Of a stretch of 64,000 nucleotides of DNA, positions 7,861 through 15,821 are shown in pieces. Numbering within the stretch: the stretch's first letter is position 1; every line of letters starts with the position of its first letter. The translations under genes and the position numbers were made by a program. The stretch is from Anaerolineales bacterium. GTDB taxonomy: Bacteria; Chloroflexota; Anaerolineae; Anaerolineales; Villigracilaceae. The stretch spans positions 1,145-65,144 of the forward strand of contig JBEKFY010000016.1 of the NCBI GenBank assembly GCA_050013095.1, written 5' to 3'. The notes beneath the pieces are model-generated. The model saw only the letters and a program-made list of their open reading frames with translations. It was not told the origin of the DNA and did no database searches.

Positions 7861-9429
7861 ATGACTGAGAGTGTGAATTGTCAGGACGGGTTTGTATCCA
7901 GCAGTCTGGATCATACGGCAAAGACCCAGCAGCCAGAGATCAGAATGGTTTTTGACCGAGAGATCGTTGTGAATAAGTTTCAATTTATTTCCTTTTACCT
8001 TCTGGCGGATACCATCTGCCCGGAACGTTTGGTTGAAATTGCGGACCGATACCCCACCGTCCCGCTCAACTGGCCAGAGCCGGCTCACGAGGTATTCGAA
8101 GGAATCCTTAATGCGGTCAATCAACTCCTTCTTGAGGAGACGAAAAAAAACGAGCAATTCCAGAGTGCCTTCCAGAAGCACCAGGAGGAGGTCGCCGCGT
8201 TGAAGGAGCGGATTCGCTTTCGCGAAGAAGAGGTCAGTTATCTTCAGGAGCAGGTCGATGACCTGAAGGAAAAGCTGCACTTTCGCCGCGAGAGCAGTGG
8301 AAGGCGACCTTCAACGGCTGATTTTCCCGGTTTGACTGGGGAGGACTCTCAAGATCCTTCCCCTTGCTTTCCAGATAGCGAATCCGATCGATCAGCGGTG
8401 AATTCCCTGGAACGCTCCGATCCACCCGGCCTGCCGGAAGAACCCAAGCCGTGGGAGCCGGCAAGTAGGATGGAGGCAGCCGAGGATGGCCCAATTGAAT
8501 CCCAGCCTATGGAGGATCCAGTCAGGGAAAGGAATTCATGGTCAGACGGGGAATTACCGGAAGGAGCAATGACCACGGTGGAATGGGTGGAAAACAGTAT
8601 GACCCTGGGCATGGCCTTCGAGGAATGGCATAGGCTGGACAGGGGATTCTCTGCAGAAGAAAGGCAGAGGGTCGTTTCTGTCTTAAAGATCGTTGGCTCC
8701 GGTACGGTTTCCAAGGCTGATATCCTGGAGAACTTAAAGGGGATGATTGACCCACAACTTAAACCTCAAAGTGTCGCTCGCTACCTGCGGGAGATGGTCG
8801 AGAAGTACAGCCTGTTGAAAGGGAGAAAATATTTGATCAAGGAAAAACATAGTTTGGGTCGTCGGGAGAGAGCCTATGATCTCACGATTTTGGGTAAAGC
8901 CGCTTACCGTTCCATTTCCGGGTTGATAGAAGAGACGCCAAAAGATATCGAGATGATCGCCATTCATAAAACGCCGGACCATTGCGAATTCGTAGACCGG
9001 GCGACCAAAGGATTCAGCCACTTGGGATTCGATGTCTACTGGAAATTTGAAGCCCCTGTATGGCATGGGGTAAAACTGACCGCAGACCTCATGGTGAACA
9101 GCCAGGAGCGGGGCCAATATTATGTATTCACGCTAACCCATGGGCAGCTTAAGGCAAATAAATTGACCGCGAAGCTTAACTTGGCAACCCAATCTACTGG
9201 CCAAATTATCTATATCTTGACGCGAAAGCAGGTGGAAGCCGAGAATGAAGGGTGGAAAGCCATCTGTTATTGGGCATGGAACACCCACCACGACAAGGAT
9301 CTGACCGTCTACTTACTTGGCTTGGATACCCTCGAACAACTCGCCCTAAGCAAAGCCGGTAGCCGGATCGATCCCTGGTTTCTACAAAAAACGCTGCGGG
9401 TTTCCGAACATTCGAACCCCTTTGCTTGA
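7861..9429 (+). CDS. Hypothetical protein: coiled coil, acidic/proline-rich linker, winged-helix-like C-terminal half
   Basis: RBS GGAGGAAG lies before the ATG. Coiled-coil segment: EETKKNEQFQSAFQKHQEEVAALKERIRFREEEVSYLQEQVDDLKEKL. wHTH-like segment: RERAYDLTILGKAAY. It faintly resembles replication-relaxation-type proteins (from memory, weak). Confidence 0.6.
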   Translation: MTESVNCQDGFVSSSLDHTAKTQQPEIRMVFDREIVVNKFQFISFYLLADTICPERLVEIADRYPTVPLNWPEPAHEVFEGILNAVNQLLLEETKKNEQFQSAFQKHQEEVAALKERIRFREEEVSYLQEQVDDLKEKLHFRRESSGRRPSTADFPGLTGEDSQDPSPCFPDSESDRSAVNSLERSDPPGLPEEPKPWEPASRMEAAEDGPIESQPMEDPVRERNSWSDGELPEGAMTTVEWVENSMTLGMAFEEWHRLDRGFSAEERQRVVSVLKIVGSGTVSKADILENLKGMIDPQLKPQSVARYLREMVEKYSLLKGRKYLIKEKHSLGRRERAYDLTILGKAAYRSISGLIEETPKDIEMIAIHKTPDHCEFVDRATKGFSHLGFDVYWKFEAPVWHGVKLTADLMVNSQERGQYYVFTLTHGQLKANKLTAKLNLATQSTGQIIYILTRKQVEAENEGWKAICYWAWNTHHDKDLTVYLLGLDTLEQLALSKAGSRIDPWFLQKTLRVSEHSNPFA

Positions 9430-9519
9430 AGGAAGGTCGGAAGAACCGATCTCATGCTCCAAGTCCCATATAAGTGGTTACGCGCATTACTCAACGCGCT
9501 TTTCATCAGGAGAAAGCTC

Positions 9520-10389
9520 ATGTCCACTTCCACACAAGATCCCTCAGCAGGCTCACCCCGACCATTACCCCTCCTTTCCGAGCTCCTTCCACATCCCCGA
9601 AAATCCTTCACTCTGAATTTCAACTTTTTCCGGTGGGTCTCGAAGATCACACCCTGGGTGGCCCCTATTCCGAGCGCCTTCTTTGTCGCCCGCTCCTCGA
9701 TGAACCACCTGGGGACGCCCCTCCCCATCGCCATCGTCCTGGCCGCGGCGATCGAGCTGCTGGGCCTGACCAGCGTGCACACCTGGCTGCGCTTGTCCAA
9801 CTGGAATTTGACCAGGCGCAAGAGCGATCCCGGCGCCCCTACCCACCTCGCCGTCCTACTCACCTTCCTGTATTTCGCGATCACCCTGGGCATGATCACC
9901 CTGCTGGAGGTGTTCCCTGACCTCTCCCAGTACATGCCGGCTGTGACCCCCTTGCTCACCGTGATCGGGGCGTTCAACCTGGCCCTGCTTTCCCAACAGG
10001 AGCAACGCGAGGCAGCAGTCCGATCCGATCGCGAGGCTCGGAAAATTGAACGGTTGAAGAAGAGGGAAATTGAACGGTCAGGGAATGGTCAACATCAGGG
10101 GAAATCGACCGGTCGGCCCAAAGGTATCCAGGCGTCTCTCTCAGGTTCAAACCCGGAAAACAGAGAGAAACAACAGGTCAATCCCGGTCAGAAACTGACC
10201 GCCGAGGAAGCTTTGAACGCCCTGGTCAAGTTTTTTGAACAGAACCCGGCCGGCTCGTACAGTGCAGCCGGCCGTGCAGCGGGGCGGTCAAAATCATGGG
10301 TGGTTTGGGCGTTGAATGAACTGGAATCCGAAGGAAGGATCAATAAAAATAACAGGCAGATCACTGTTACTCGCTTGAGTCCGTTATAA
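9520..10389 (+). CDS. Hypothetical membrane protein with C-terminal winged-helix-like domain
   Basis: The ORF runs 9454-10389. Preferred start is ATG 9520 after AGGAGA. It has three or more hydrophobic helices, a basic coiled segment and a C-terminal wHTH-like stretch (SYSAAGRAAGRSKSWVVWALNELESEGRI). Confidence 0.5.
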   Translation: MSTSTQDPSAGSPRPLPLLSELLPHPRKSFTLNFNFFRWVSKITPWVAPIPSAFFVARSSMNHLGTPLPIAIVLAAAIELLGLTSVHTWLRLSNWNLTRRKSDPGAPTHLAVLLTFLYFAITLGMITLLEVFPDLSQYMPAVTPLLTVIGAFNLALLSQQEQREAAVRSDREARKIERLKKREIERSGNGQHQGKSTGRPKGIQASLSGSNPENREKQQVNPGQKLTAEEALNALVKFFEQNPAGSYSAAGRAAGRSKSWVVWALNELESEGRINKNNRQITVTRLSPL

Positions 10390-10630
10390 TGAATTAAGAA
10401 TTGATGTGGTGCCTGATTGTGACAATCCAAGGTATAACATCCTATCATTTAGGTAAACAGTAAGGCCCGAAGTGGTTACCAAAACCGATTTTGGTAATAA
10501 CTTAATTCGCTGGTGGGGGAAAATGATAATGAATTCGCTTTCCGGTGGGATTACCGAAAAACAAGCGACAGTAAGAGAATGATTGAGGCAGTAAAGGGGA
10601 TAGAAGGAAAGAGACTGATTTACAAAGAGA

Positions 10631-10661
10631 TAATCAAAAAGGCCGGCTAATTAGCGGCCTT
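10631..10661 (-). terminator. Rho-independent terminator of the toxin/antitoxin operon
   Basis: On the minus strand: AAGGCCG-loop-CGGCCTT hairpin overlapping the stop codon, followed by TTTTTGATT. Confidence 0.5.
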
Positions 10662-11090
10662 AAACGCATTGGTGATAATTTCCTTATGACGAAGAGCTAT
10701 TGACCTTGATGAGTTTACCTTACTCACAATTATTCTTGCATGGTCTTTCAAGATTTCTCCGATAATACGTTTTTGGGGATCTGATATTAATTGACCAACA
10801 ATTTCCTCGTATGAAAGTATATACCACACCCTGTCACAATCTAAAAAAGAATCATATTTCAAGAAACTACTATAAATAGATTTTTTTAGAACAAGATGAT
10901 TCGGGATCAATTTTTCCTTTGAATTGACTTTTAGAAGAAGGGGGTATTCATCGAATCCAACCACAACGAAATACTTATCCGAAGGAATCAATCGGGGCGG
11001 TAAAGCTGTAAAAAGATATAATATCTTTCCGGGTCCAATATTGGTGCTTGCTTCTTCTCTGGTAATCCCCCTGGGGACTAATGCTGGCAT
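10647..11090 (-). CDS. Putative toxin partner of the Panacea antitoxin (no recognisable domain)
   Basis: A 147-aa ORF starts 2 nt after the stop of the DUF4065 gene, on the same strand, with a shared terminator. I recognise no motifs in it. Confidence 0.5.
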   Translation of the reverse strand: MPALVPRGITREEASTNIGPGKILYLFTALPPRLIPSDKYFVVVGFDEYPLLLKVNSKEKLIPNHLVLKKSIYSSFLKYDSFLDCDRVWYILSYEEIVGQLISDPQKRIIGEILKDHARIIVSKVNSSRSIALRHKEIITNAFKAAN

Positions 11091-11092
11091 AT

Positions 11093-11593
11093 TTAGCTAT
11101 TCATGTACTCAAAAATTTCATCGGCGTTTGCAAGGCTCTTGATAATAGATTCAAGGGAAATATCACTCCGGGCCTGTTTATAAGGTTCTTCTTCGTGAAC
11201 AATATCCCATAACTCTTGATAGCTCAATGGGGAATATTTATCAATAGCCTTATTAAGAGCCTCTATATCACTCTCGCTAAGGTAATCTAAATTCGGATCG
11301 CGATTGGGCTTTATTGTGATCCAATCCTCGACCCTGAAAGCCTCTTGGGGATTTTCTTTAATGGGGGATAAGCCGTCGCCTCGTACTGCCTTGATAATGT
11401 CGTAAGCACCACTTGGGACAGGCCCATCCTTCATTGCTACATAGTAATCACCTGTAATTAGGCGACCATAACCCTCTAGATGGAATTTGTCCGCATAATA
11501 CATAATTTTAACGATATGAAAGAGATCGCCATTTTTATGTGAAATATAAACAATGGCCTCAATTGCCTTTTGAATATCAATGAATTTTGGCAT
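11093..11593 (-). CDS. Panacea/DUF4065 (SocA-like) antitoxin-domain protein
   Basis: IVKIMYYADKFHLEGYGRLITGDYYVAMKDGPVPSGAYDIIK matches the DUF4065 signature (K-hYYAD...G-PITG..Y.A...GPVP). Confidence 0.75.
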   Translation of the reverse strand: MPKFIDIQKAIEAIVYISHKNGDLFHIVKIMYYADKFHLEGYGRLITGDYYVAMKDGPVPSGAYDIIKAVRGDGLSPIKENPQEAFRVEDWITIKPNRDPNLDYLSESDIEALNKAIDKYSPLSYQELWDIVHEEEPYKQARSDISLESIIKSLANADEIFEYMNS

Positions 11594-11848
11594 TACTCAT
11601 TCCCTTTATTTTTCTTCTGCTCTTCCGGCATTGATTCCGTTTTCAGCAACGCACCAAATATCTCTATAAACGGTGCGCCCTACAAACTGACGGGCTTCTC
11701 CGCTCCGGCCTTCTTTTCTTCCTTCTCGGTTTTTTGATTGTGCTCTTTCATTTGGTTTCCGGTTGCATTCACCGGGCTTCTGTATTAGAATCATTGCCGG
11801 GAAAGCGGGGCTAGCCAACGTCCGCTTCCCCGGCATGTAGGGCGACTT

Positions 11849-11937
11849 GGAGAGGTGTCCGAGAGGCTTATGGAACTCGTCCCTTAAACGAGTAAGGCGC
11901 TACCACGCCTTCACGGGTCCGAATCCCGTCCTCTCCG
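11849..11937 (+). tRNA. Atypical type-II (long variable arm, Ser-like scaffold) tRNA or tRNA pseudogene; anticodon loop CCCUUAA
   Basis: Manual fold of 89 nt: GGAGAGG-TG-TCC-GAGAGGCTTAT-GGA-A-CTCGT-CCCTTAA-ACGAG-T(AAGGCG-CTACCA-CGCCTT)C-ACGGG-TCCGAAT-CCCGT-CCTCTCC-G. All stems are Watson-Crick, but position 33 is C and the T-loop reads TCC instead of TTC. No CCA is encoded. Confidence 0.6.
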
Positions 11938-12424
11938 TCGTCCCGGGGGAATTTCATGATAATATGTCAATAGAACAAACGTGCTAAACTTTTGTATAAC
12001 CATTATACACGATATAGAACGAGCGTTCAATGGAACAATAGTCTGATGAACTGATGTGCTAATCGGCGAAAACGCTTATTTGTCAACACATAATACCACC
12101 CCACGAATCCATTCTGATTCACTTTGGGGGCTTGGGTCTGTCAAAGGGATAATTTCCAAAATAATTATCGAAAAGGGAGACGGGTAAAAATATGCCATCG
12201 CTGAAGCAAAGAAGCGCATACAAAGCACTCAATTACCAAACGTGAGCACACCAGCACGAGGTGATCGCCCAGGTGTTCGCAACGGACCCCCGCCTGCCTT
12301 CGAAACGCACCTTTCGTAGTTCTAATCCAGAATGCCTGGCCCAAATTGGTGAGAATAGTATCATAACAGGGAATAATAAATCGAAATCGGATAAACTTCC
12401 GCCCAACGCCGGCTCCTAATACAG

Positions 12425-13765
12425 TCATTTCCCGGCAGAGACCTCATCCTGTCTTCGGCATAATTTGGTCAATTTCTTCGCAATCAAGTCGCGGGTCGCG
12501 GCTGGAACTTTCTCGTCCTGCCAGACGTTCCCCAGCTCGTCGGACAGATGCTTCAGCGTCCAGACCGCTACGGATGGGTTTTCGACAGTTAGCTGGCTTT
12601 CCTGATTTGCCCAGATCACCACCGGAGTCACCCACTGTTCAATGCCGTCCGCTTTAAGGAAATTTCCTAGCCGGCCGGCATTGTTATTTGCCTGGCGACT
12701 AGGGCTTTTCTTCTGGGAATGCCAATGATTACCGGCTCTATATTCCCACCGGTCGCCTATATTTCGATATTCCCCAGTAAGATTCTTGATCTCTAGAGCC
12801 AATACCCCGGGAGGACCAACCAAAACGATATCCAAGTCGGCCCTATTTCGTCCCGGCAGATTAATGTTCCAAAAGAGTGACCAGCTCCCATCGAGGGTTT
12901 GGAGAATGATTTCCTTTGTTCGCTCTTCCCCTTCTTGGCCAGCACGGAAGTTATCAATCTGCTTGTCTAATCCATTAAGAAACCGATTGAGAAGATAAAA
13001 CAACACACTGAATATTCCAATAATACCCACAAATGTGGCGATGGTTAAAAGACCGACGGGAGATTTAATCACTTCTGAAATTGTCAGAGTTGGCTTTGTT
13101 GAGGCAAGTCTTGTAAACCCCCAAATCAAGTATGACAGTGATCCTCCAAATATTACTCCGAGGATTAATCCTTGAATAAGTGCCAATTGATATTTCTTAC
13201 GTTCCGCGTAACTTCTCCTGCCGGCAACGATCTGGATAAATCCCGCTGACGGAGTAGGATCATTAATCGTTTGATTAAGGCGCACCAGCATCAATGCAGC
13301 AGCAGCCCGCCTGACTCGTTCTTCCCAAGCATTCTCAGCAGCATATCCGAGGTCTTTAAGGGAGATCTGTTTCGTCTCGACCAGCTTTCCCATCAACTGA
13401 CCCTTGAACGGTTGGAAAGGCCATGGAGTCACCCGGGCTTGCTCCAGGCTAATGCCAATTTGGAATGGTCCATTGGGAACTTGGACAGGCAGGCATTCAA
13501 GCCTCTCATCAGCCGGTGGCCTAGCTTTAGTTTGTTCCGGCTGTGCTAATAAGATATGCGCAGCCTGCTTGAGGCGCGGATTATATGCGTACGTAGCCGC
13601 CCATTCCAGCCGAGTTTGATCAAGGTAGCCTTCCTGCAGGAGCTCACCCAATGGTCGGGGATTGCTCTTAAGCCAGAGGACTTTCCGAGCCTCTGCAAGA
13701 TTCATGGTCAGAGATTGATTATTGTGTTGACCGAAGATGTCATGTGATGACTTGTCCATAACCAT
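12425..13765 (-). CDS. Membrane-anchored NERD (nuclease-related domain) protein
   Basis: C-terminal NERD-like core: ADLDIVLVGPPGVLALEIKNLTGEYR. Two hydrophobic helices: LALIQGLILGVIFGGSLSYLIWGF and GLLTIATFVGIIGIFSVLFYLL. The N-terminal region has two related repeats of about 55 aa. Confidence 0.75.
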   Translation of the reverse strand: MVMDKSSHDIFGQHNNQSLTMNLAEARKVLWLKSNPRPLGELLQEGYLDQTRLEWAATYAYNPRLKQAAHILLAQPEQTKARPPADERLECLPVQVPNGPFQIGISLEQARVTPWPFQPFKGQLMGKLVETKQISLKDLGYAAENAWEERVRRAAAALMLVRLNQTINDPTPSAGFIQIVAGRRSYAERKKYQLALIQGLILGVIFGGSLSYLIWGFTRLASTKPTLTISEVIKSPVGLLTIATFVGIIGIFSVLFYLLNRFLNGLDKQIDNFRAGQEGEERTKEIILQTLDGSWSLFWNINLPGRNRADLDIVLVGPPGVLALEIKNLTGEYRNIGDRWEYRAGNHWHSQKKSPSRQANNNAGRLGNFLKADGIEQWVTPVVIWANQESQLTVENPSVAVWTLKHLSDELGNVWQDEKVPAATRDLIAKKLTKLCRRQDEVSAGK

Positions 13766-14224
13766 TCTTCCCTGATGTAAGATTGAGAAAATGTACGAAG
13801 GACGCCTTTTGAGGCTAGACGTCTACCCCAGCGAAGACTGCATCCACGACCACAACGATAGCGTCAAACTCACTAGGCAATGACCATAGCCAAGTGATTA
13901 AGATCACTATATAACCTTCTAGTTTGCGTAACTATAACTATCTTGTTGCAATACGTATCCTTATCGGATTACGAAAGTGTAAACGGTTGGAGAGTCGAGG
14001 AGCGAAGGACATTTCTTAGTTTGATCCCTCAACCTTTACGAAAAAAACCAATAACTCTGCTATTTTTCCACTTTTGCAAAGCCCTTGAGATATTATCAAA
14101 ATACGCCTTAGGGATTGAAAATATACACCATATACATCCCTTGGATGTGAAGGTGTGCTAGAATTTAATCAAATGAATCTGGTGGGGGTTTTCTCATGCG
14201 ACTCTTGTCGGTCCAGGAGACCAT

Positions 14225-15136
14225 ATGTCTGTAATCATCGACAGTGAGCGTGGGCGAAAAGCAGCCGATTTGCTGTTCAACGCATTCTCAACTACCGGCA
14301 TTCACGGTCGGACTGATATGCCAGAAGATGTACTGCCGGCCGCTGCGACCCGCGGTTCTCTTGAACATATTCTTTTCATCACTTTGACAGTGTGCATAGA
14401 TTACCAGCGCGATGCAGCCGCCTTGTGGGAAAGCTCCCGCCATACATTCGGTGATCCAGCCACCCGTTATCTGTTTGACCCCCGAGCTCTCCATGAAACA
14501 ACTTTATCGACCATTGTTCGCGATATGCAGAAATATGGATTATCTAAAAAGCCTCAGCAGGACGCTTATATCTGGTCTACGGTGGGAATATCATTTTACA
14601 AAAAGTGGCAGGGGGATCCGAGAAATTTCCTAGAAAATTGTAAGTGGGGAGCTCTGAGGGTTCTTGAACATCTAAAGAATGACATCCATCCCTTAAACGA
14701 GCGCCAAGTCACAGACTTTCCCTTCCTACGCGGAGATAAGATCGGTCCGCTCTGGTTGCGTATGCTACGGGATAATGCGGGAATAACCAAAATCCAAGAC
14801 CTTGACCGGGTACCTATTCCGGTTGACATTCATATAGGCAGAGCAACCCTGGCGTTAGGAGTTGTGCGAGGTCAATATTCGGGAGGGTTTGGTAATTTAT
14901 TTGAGACGATTCGGAAAGCTTGGTTCGAAAGTGTTCGCGGTCTTCAAGTGGGAGAGCGCCCGATGATGGCGCTGGATGTCGATGAGCCACTTTGGCATCT
15001 TTCACGCTTCGGTTGCACATACCGAGACAAGCAAAGTGGCGTATGCCCCCTAATTCAGAGCTGCGAAGCAAAATCACTTTGTATCAAAGGGAAGGTAGAC
15101 ATACACAATGGGAGCACTATAGAGCTGTATACATGA
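14225..15136 (+). CDS. Divergent HhH-GPD / endonuclease III-like DNA glycosylase-family protein with a 4-Cys cluster
   Basis: RBS AGGAGA. HhH-like FLRGDKIGPLWLRML, then PVDIHIGRATLALG (compare EndoIII GVGRKTANVVL ... AVDTHIFRV, which carry its catalytic Lys and Asp). C-terminal Cys cluster: CTYRDKQSGVCPLIQSCEAKSLC. Confidence 0.55.
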   Translation: MSVIIDSERGRKAADLLFNAFSTTGIHGRTDMPEDVLPAAATRGSLEHILFITLTVCIDYQRDAAALWESSRHTFGDPATRYLFDPRALHETTLSTIVRDMQKYGLSKKPQQDAYIWSTVGISFYKKWQGDPRNFLENCKWGALRVLEHLKNDIHPLNERQVTDFPFLRGDKIGPLWLRMLRDNAGITKIQDLDRVPIPVDIHIGRATLALGVVRGQYSGGFGNLFETIRKAWFESVRGLQVGERPMMALDVDEPLWHLSRFGCTYRDKQSGVCPLIQSCEAKSLCIKGKVDIHNGSTIELYT

Positions 15137-15585
15137 AGACACTCTGCATCGTACCTTGCGGAATGCGAAAAATCTGGAAAAGTAATCCCACCGCCGGCCC
15201 AACGCCAGCAGGGGAAGTCTATACGGGATCATTTGCCCGAAAATGTCAGGAATATGCCTCTGTCTTTTATCCGGGCGCTTACGTCATCCTTTCGGCAAAA
15301 TATGGGTTTCTTTGGCCTGACGATATCATCCCAGGAGATTACAACGTCACATTCAACGATTCGAAAACGCACCCTATCAAGATATCTGAGATGATTGAGA
15401 GTGCCCGATCAAAAGGGCTTTATGTATATGACCAATTAGTGGTAGTTGCTGGAAAACATTATGTGGACACGGCTAAGCAAGTCTTCCCGGGCAAACAGTT
15501 CCATGAGCCCCTGAAGGGTTGTACCGGAAATGGCTTTATGTTGCAACGAATGACTGAAGCCATTCGAATAAAGCTTCCCCTATAA
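15133..15585 (+). CDS. Small conserved hypothetical protein (DUF6884-like by memory), translationally coupled to the glycosylase-like gene
   Basis: ATG 15133 overlaps the upstream TGA (ATGA). The N-terminal 47 codons of ORF 14992-15585 were discarded. Motifs: CIVPCG and ILSAKYGFLWPDDIIPGDYNVTF. Confidence 0.55.
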   Translation: MKTLCIVPCGMRKIWKSNPTAGPTPAGEVYTGSFARKCQEYASVFYPGAYVILSAKYGFLWPDDIIPGDYNVTFNDSKTHPIKISEMIESARSKGLYVYDQLVVVAGKHYVDTAKQVFPGKQFHEPLKGCTGNGFMLQRMTEAIRIKLPL

Positions 15586-15821
15586 ACTGCTGGTTTACGA
15601 GCACCACTCTCCCACCATCCAACTTTGACTGATAATATAATCAATCTTCTTGAGCCTGTGGCTTAAGATCGATCATAGCCCGACAAGACAAAATGGAATA
15701 ATCAGGGATTAGATTTTCTCACGGAAGCATGCATAACAAGGTTTAAACCGTAATTCATTCCTCAGCTCGTCTCTCCACCCTCTGAAATCCATTCGGATTA
15801 AGTTTTTTATATGATAAACAA

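Larger units (their letters stand above)
4697..10440. mobile_element. GC-rich element nested in the AT-rich island (two tyrosine recombinases, Xis-like HTH, two cargo genes)
   Basis: Base composition changes abruptly by eye at about 4.70 kb and about 10.4 kb. Recombinase genes lie at the left end. The ends are approximate and no flanking direct repeats were identified. Confidence 0.4.

Noticed and set aside
7837-8280. A 147-aa Leu-rich minus-strand ORF at the start of the 522-aa gene.
   Set aside because: It is the mirror image of a Glu/Lys/Gln-rich coiled coil (GAA/GAG codons read antisense as Phe/Leu). The plus-strand ORF has a good RBS and extends 522 aa.
9309-9977. A 222-aa minus-strand ORF overlapping the 3' end of the 522-aa gene and the membrane/wHTH gene.
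   Set aside because: It overlaps two plus-strand genes, its translation has no features, and it has no RBS.
11606-11836. A 76-aa minus-strand ORF between the PanA gene and the tRNA.
   Set aside because: It is basic and low-complexity, has no RBS, and ends inside a hairpin that abuts the tRNA. It is more likely non-coding promoter or terminator DNA.
12165-12428. An 87-aa ORF overlapping the NERD gene stop by 4 nt.
   Set aside because: The composition is odd (Cys/Arg-rich) and there are no motifs. It is kept only as a note within the NERD finding.
14992-15132. The N-terminal extension of ORF 14992-15585.
   Set aside because: It lies entirely inside the upstream glycosylase-like gene in another frame. 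The ATGA-coupled start at 15133 gives a sensible N-terminus (MKTLCIVPCG).
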